Source of the DNA: Lepidodermella squamata
Lineage: Eukaryota > Animalia > Gastrotricha
Reading direction: 5' to 3'
Length of the DNA: 64,000 nucleotides
Assembly (NCBI GenBank): GCA_047495785.1
Contig: JBLDXI010000004.1
Coordinates: forward strand, 1,612,001-1,676,000
The notes beneath the pieces were generated by a model. That model was not told the DNA's origin, searched no databases, and saw nothing but the letters and a program-made list of their open reading frames with translations. Both the position numbers and the translations under genes were made by a program. Every line of letters starts with the position of its first letter. Positions within the stretch are counted from its first letter, which is position 1. Positions 59,859-64,000 of the stretch are shown here, in pieces.

Positions 59859-61211
59859 TATGTTAATCGTTGATTGTTTTGAAACCTGATTATAATGTGA
59901 ATTGAACACACTTTTGATTCTGTGTCTAATTAATCTGATTGAAACTTTGCTTATCATTGATGTCGAACTACAAATTGGATTCAAGTAAACAATTCGGTGA
60001 TGAAGAGCATTGCAGATAGTATTCAAGCATAGATTTGGTTTTACAGCCAAAAACCCAGCCAGATGTGGACTTACTGCACAGGGCGCGAAGATAGCCATGT
60101 TGAGCACAGTATTCTAGGAGCGTGGCGTGAAATTTGGGAAACCTGTGTTCCATGTTTGATCAACGTTTGAAAAATTCAAGCTGAATGTATGTCATAACGC
60201 GACGATAGCTGTGTTTAACTCTTACCACAACAGTAGACAGGATTTGCGCAATTTCATCACTAGCCGTCAGAGATACAGTTGATGTTGGTAGTAAAAACAT
60301 CGCTTTTTCAACGTCGTGTTGGAAGCTTGCTGCCGCGTGATGATGGAAAGGCGTGCGAGACAGGAGGTAAACCTCTCCAACAGTCGTGCGCACGCGTCCA
60401 GACGATAATATCTAGTTGATTACTCCGCCCCCACTGTCTGGCTAGCCGCTTCAACGCCACGTAGCCGGCAATGCTCTCAAATGGGGTTAAGGCTCCGTTA
60501 TAATTGCAGAGGAAACAAACTCACACACAAACACACGATTATGTTAATAGGTGAATGAATGAATGAAAAAATGCTTATTAGTCATCATAAGCAGCGCTGG
60601 TATAAGCATCTTTACGTGTTGCTGCTACGAAGTTAAAATTATTTTACTATTATACTGTAATATCACTACCAATTTGTAAACCAATCGATTTCATACTACG
60701 AGGGTTCGCAATTCTAAAGGGATGCTTGATTGAAGTAAACCGGATGATGTTACCATGAATGTGTTATAAAAAGCTAACCTGCTTATTTTTAGGTCTGCCA
60801 AATATCGGTCACGATGCTAATGGTAGCTGAGTTGAACGTGAACGCGCACACATGCTCGTCTACCTGAGTGATTAACATTGCCTGATTCACTGATTAAAAA
60901 AAAAACTTGGTCGTAGCGGCTAAGTCGCCGCCGTCACGTGAAATGGCGGCATGAGGGCGCCAGAGATTTTCGAGTTCAAGGATAATAATATAGCTTCTGC
61001 TATTATGAAGATAAGTATAAGTACTCCTTCATTTAGCCATTTCACCCGTTGGAGAAAAATTTATATTTATTCACTCAGCCTCTCGAACTGAGGATGCTTT
61101 CAAATCTCATTTTTTTAATCGTGTTGAAATTTAAGGTTTTGCAAGGCATTGTAAAGTATGTAACCTAAAAGTCTAGATTTTGATTCTTATTGCTGTTTCA
61201 ATATACAACGA

Positions 61212-63576
61212 ATGATTCTGCTGATTCTTCTTACAGGCAAGTTTTCATAGATTTTACATTGTCATGATTCATTCTAAATGCATTCCAATCAAAGGCTTTT
61301 CCTGTATAAGCTGTAGCCTCGCTTGCGCCCCGTCTCAGCAAAAAATCGCCCTTGTAAGCCGCCCATCCTAGCCCTTCTTATATATGATTAACCTTTTTGT
61401 TCTCAACTTTCATCAGACTTGCAGCAACGGGGGCGCCTACGACTCGACTGCTGCTGTTTGTCGATGCTCGTCTGGCTATACGGGAACGTTGTGTGATGCA
61501 TGTAAGTTATCCATGTCAGTCCATCATTAAGTTGAATTATTGCCTAGATTCGTGTTCGAACTGTAAAAACGGGGCCATGTGTGATGGCCCGAACCACTGC
61601 AAGTGCGCGAGTGGTTGGCGAGGATCGAACTGCGACGAATGAGTTTACTCCCATTGAAAAATTAAGTTTGTGAGCTTGCTGTGATTAGTCTACTGCCATG
61701 AGCCGTGGTGCTGGAACGGAGGTGTCTGTGTCGGCCCTAACAAATGCAACTGCCTATCAGGCTGGACAGGGGCGAATTGCAGCCAGTGTAAGCTAGTTCC
61801 AATACAACTAGTCAACGATTGAAGCTCCGTCTTGTTCCTTTACTTAAGCTGCCTACGCGTCGAATCCTTGTAACAACGGCGGTTGGTGCACGGGTACGAA
61901 TACTTGCGGTTGCCCGACTGGGTTCAGCGGGCCGACTTGCAGCGTTGGTAAGATCTTCGACTGGCCTTAACTTCTCAATTCTAACAAATTTGATTCCTAG
62001 TTGAAGACAACAAATGTACACCAGCGTGTGCGAATGGCGGCATTTGCAAGGCGGATGGAACATGCACCTGTGTTGGAGCTTGGACCGGAGCAGATTGCTG
62101 TTAGTTTATTTCCATTTTGATTTAACAGCGCTTTGACTTATGTTTCCGCTCGCAGCGACGTGGACTCTTACGTGCCAAAACGGCGGCGGATGCGGCTCAT
62201 CTGCAACGCAATGCGCGTGTCCAACCGGCTTCACGGGCGATAAGTGTCAATCAGGTTCAGTTTCACGGCAACAATCGATTCATTGAAAGCTAACCCATTT
62301 TATTTCTGCAGCCGCATTTTTTTTGAAGGGTGGTCTAGACGCAAGCCAAGGCTATACTGGAACTGCGTACGACTGCTACGTATCGGGGGCGCGTATGGTG
62401 GAGCCGAAGACGCCGGCTCTAATCGCCGTGCTCAGAGCGCTCGCACCTGACAAGTCGATTTACATCGGTTTAAATGCAAAGTTTCGCCGCATCTCAGACA
62501 ACTCGCCGATGCACGGAATGCCGTTGCTCACGATCAGCAGTTCGTTCTTGCCATAGAGAATAGAGTTACCAGAGATGAAACTCCTATTGGAAACTTGAAG
62601 TTTTAATTCTTTTGCCGATTTTCGTAAATTTTCAGATCTCTGGAAATGATAGAACTGAGTCCATATTATAAGCAGATGAAATCTTTTGTTAACGAAAGCC
62701 ACCGTTCAAAAATTATTCATGGTTTTCGGATGCATTTTTTCGGGATTTTGCTTTTGAATATTGCTAATTGCAAAGGCTGAAATCGTTGCCAAGTTTTTTT
62801 TCAAATCATTTCAAAGCAGCCTACAGAAATTCCCTAATTTCGAGCATTTTATCATACGATGCACTAACAGGTTTTGTTATCCGGAATGACGGCCATGGGT
62901 GGTATAGGTATGAAGCATGTAAACCAAAAAACAAAATGCATCCGAAAACCATGAATAATTTTTGAACGGTGGCTTTCGTTAACAAAAGATTTCATCTGCT
63001 TATAATATGGACTCAGTTCTATCATTTCCACTAAAGAAAGCGACAGTCCGATCAAGGATGTGGCCGTGGGGTCAAGGCAAAAACACCCATTTTTGAACCC
63101 CCAAAAAAGTGACCCTCGGGGAAATCGCTATGGCGTCAAAACCGTTCATTTCCGTACGAAAGCCTTTGAACTGGTTATAGTTGAAAACAATCCCCATCGA
63201 TTACAATAAAAAAATCGGAATTCCATGATGAGCTATTTTGGGTATAGCGCGCGGAAAAACACCCTTGTTTTACATGTAAACATGTATGCGCCAGTTTCAA
63301 AAAGATCCGCCATAATGAAAATTTACGAAAATCGGCAAAAGAATTAAAACTTCAAGTTTCCAATAGGAGTTTCATCTCTGGTAACTCTATTCTCTATGGT
63401 TCTTGCTAACAGGCGCCGGTGACTGTAAGACAGCATCAGCAGCAGCTGTTTTCTGAAGCTTTTTATCCAACTTTTTGACAGGTGTCTACATGCAGGGGTA
63501 TGGCTCTTCGTCTCCATTGCTGCTGCGCCCGTGCACTGACACCGCCACGCACGTTGTATGCCAGGATGTGGCCACG
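61212..63576 (+). pseudogene. Secreted 6xEGF-like + C-type lectin-like gene, interrupted by a transposon; continues 3'
   Basis: Signal exon with a GC donor, six EGF exons (61417-62254), then CTL-like DCYVSGARMVEP...IYIGLN. The insertion at 62551-63399 adds a stop. Removing it and one TSD restores SFLLTGAGD|CVYMQ...RPCTDTATHVVCQ. Ends at a phase-0 donor at 63576. Confidence 0.8.
62551..63399. mobile_element. Young non-autonomous DNA transposon, CCATAGAG termini, 6-bp TSD, nested inverted repeats
   Basis: Matching ~85-bp TIRs and TSD TTCTTG (62545-62550, 63400-63405). A second ~97-bp inverted pair at ~62641-62737 / ~62933-63031. Confidence 0.92.
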
Positions 63577-64000
63577 GTGAGTTACAGCTGCTACTATAGA
63601 TATGCCGGGGGAACCCCCATACTGTCACCGTTTGTGAGTGGACAAGTTGTTTGTTTGTTTGTTTGTATGCCGCCAGTGTGCGCACATTCTATGCACGCCT
63701 TTCGCGCACGCTTTTTATTATATCAAATAGTATTGGCTTTTGGGTCTAAATGCGATTGCTGATATTCTTGCGTGGTTATATGACAATTGAGCAACGACAA
63801 TTCGGCAATTCGACAAAAAATGAAATGAAAGTTCTTTGTGATTTTTGAGACGTCCCATTCGTTGAATGGATGGGCCGAGGCCATGTGTCCCGAATGAGCG
63901 CTCTTAGGGTCGCTTGTTGGGGTCTCTTGAGGACAGCTCGGTAGCGATTGGTGCAGTCTTGCTGACATTCCCAATCTACCACTTTTGACTTTTGTAACAC

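Noticed and set aside
59968-60393. Possible small minus-strand gene
   Set aside because: No splice model gave a convincing protein.
1-64000. Prokaryotic origin, CRISPR arrays, rRNA or true tRNA genes; short antisense ORFs over the large genes
   Set aside because: Spliceosomal introns and metazoan domains occur throughout. No repeat-spacer array or RNA gene was seen, and the antisense ORFs are shadows of real coding regions.

Overview
Compact metazoan (invertebrate) genomic DNA with very short introns (mostly 47-64 nt), so the ORF track misses or fragments most genes. I cannot assign a species. The window is a duplication-rich cluster of cell-surface and secreted genes with two stand-out systems. 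(1) A clade of intronless Cys-loop ligand-gated ion channels. Two members (2111-6959 +, 15616-20547 -) are giant ~1,600-aa subunits with five tandem LamG/pentraxin-like (ConA jelly-roll) domains and a Thr-rich stalk in front of the channel. A short 415-aa relative and its pseudogene lie further on. (2) A phase-0 ankyrin-repeat terminal exon with conserved Cys pairs in both caps and 2, 3 or 4 variable internal repeats. It appears to splice onto different secreted heads (trypsin protease + CCP repeats twice; Cys module + EGF repeats once), which predicts extracellular DARPin-like binders. Manual splicing also reveals three small secreted families absent from the ORF track: a 6-Cys helical family (4 genes + 1 pseudogene), a 4-Cys-module family, and a trio of cationic 2-Cys peptides. 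Ordinary content: a VMO1-like gene, a second ankyrin gene, a multi-exon non-alpha nAChR-like subunit, an orphan GPCR, a sulfotransferase, an EGF/C-type lectin gene broken by a transposon, LINE and hAT remnants, and many MITEs. All spliced models are hand-derived from splice signals, phase and paralog comparison, and need transcript confirmation.
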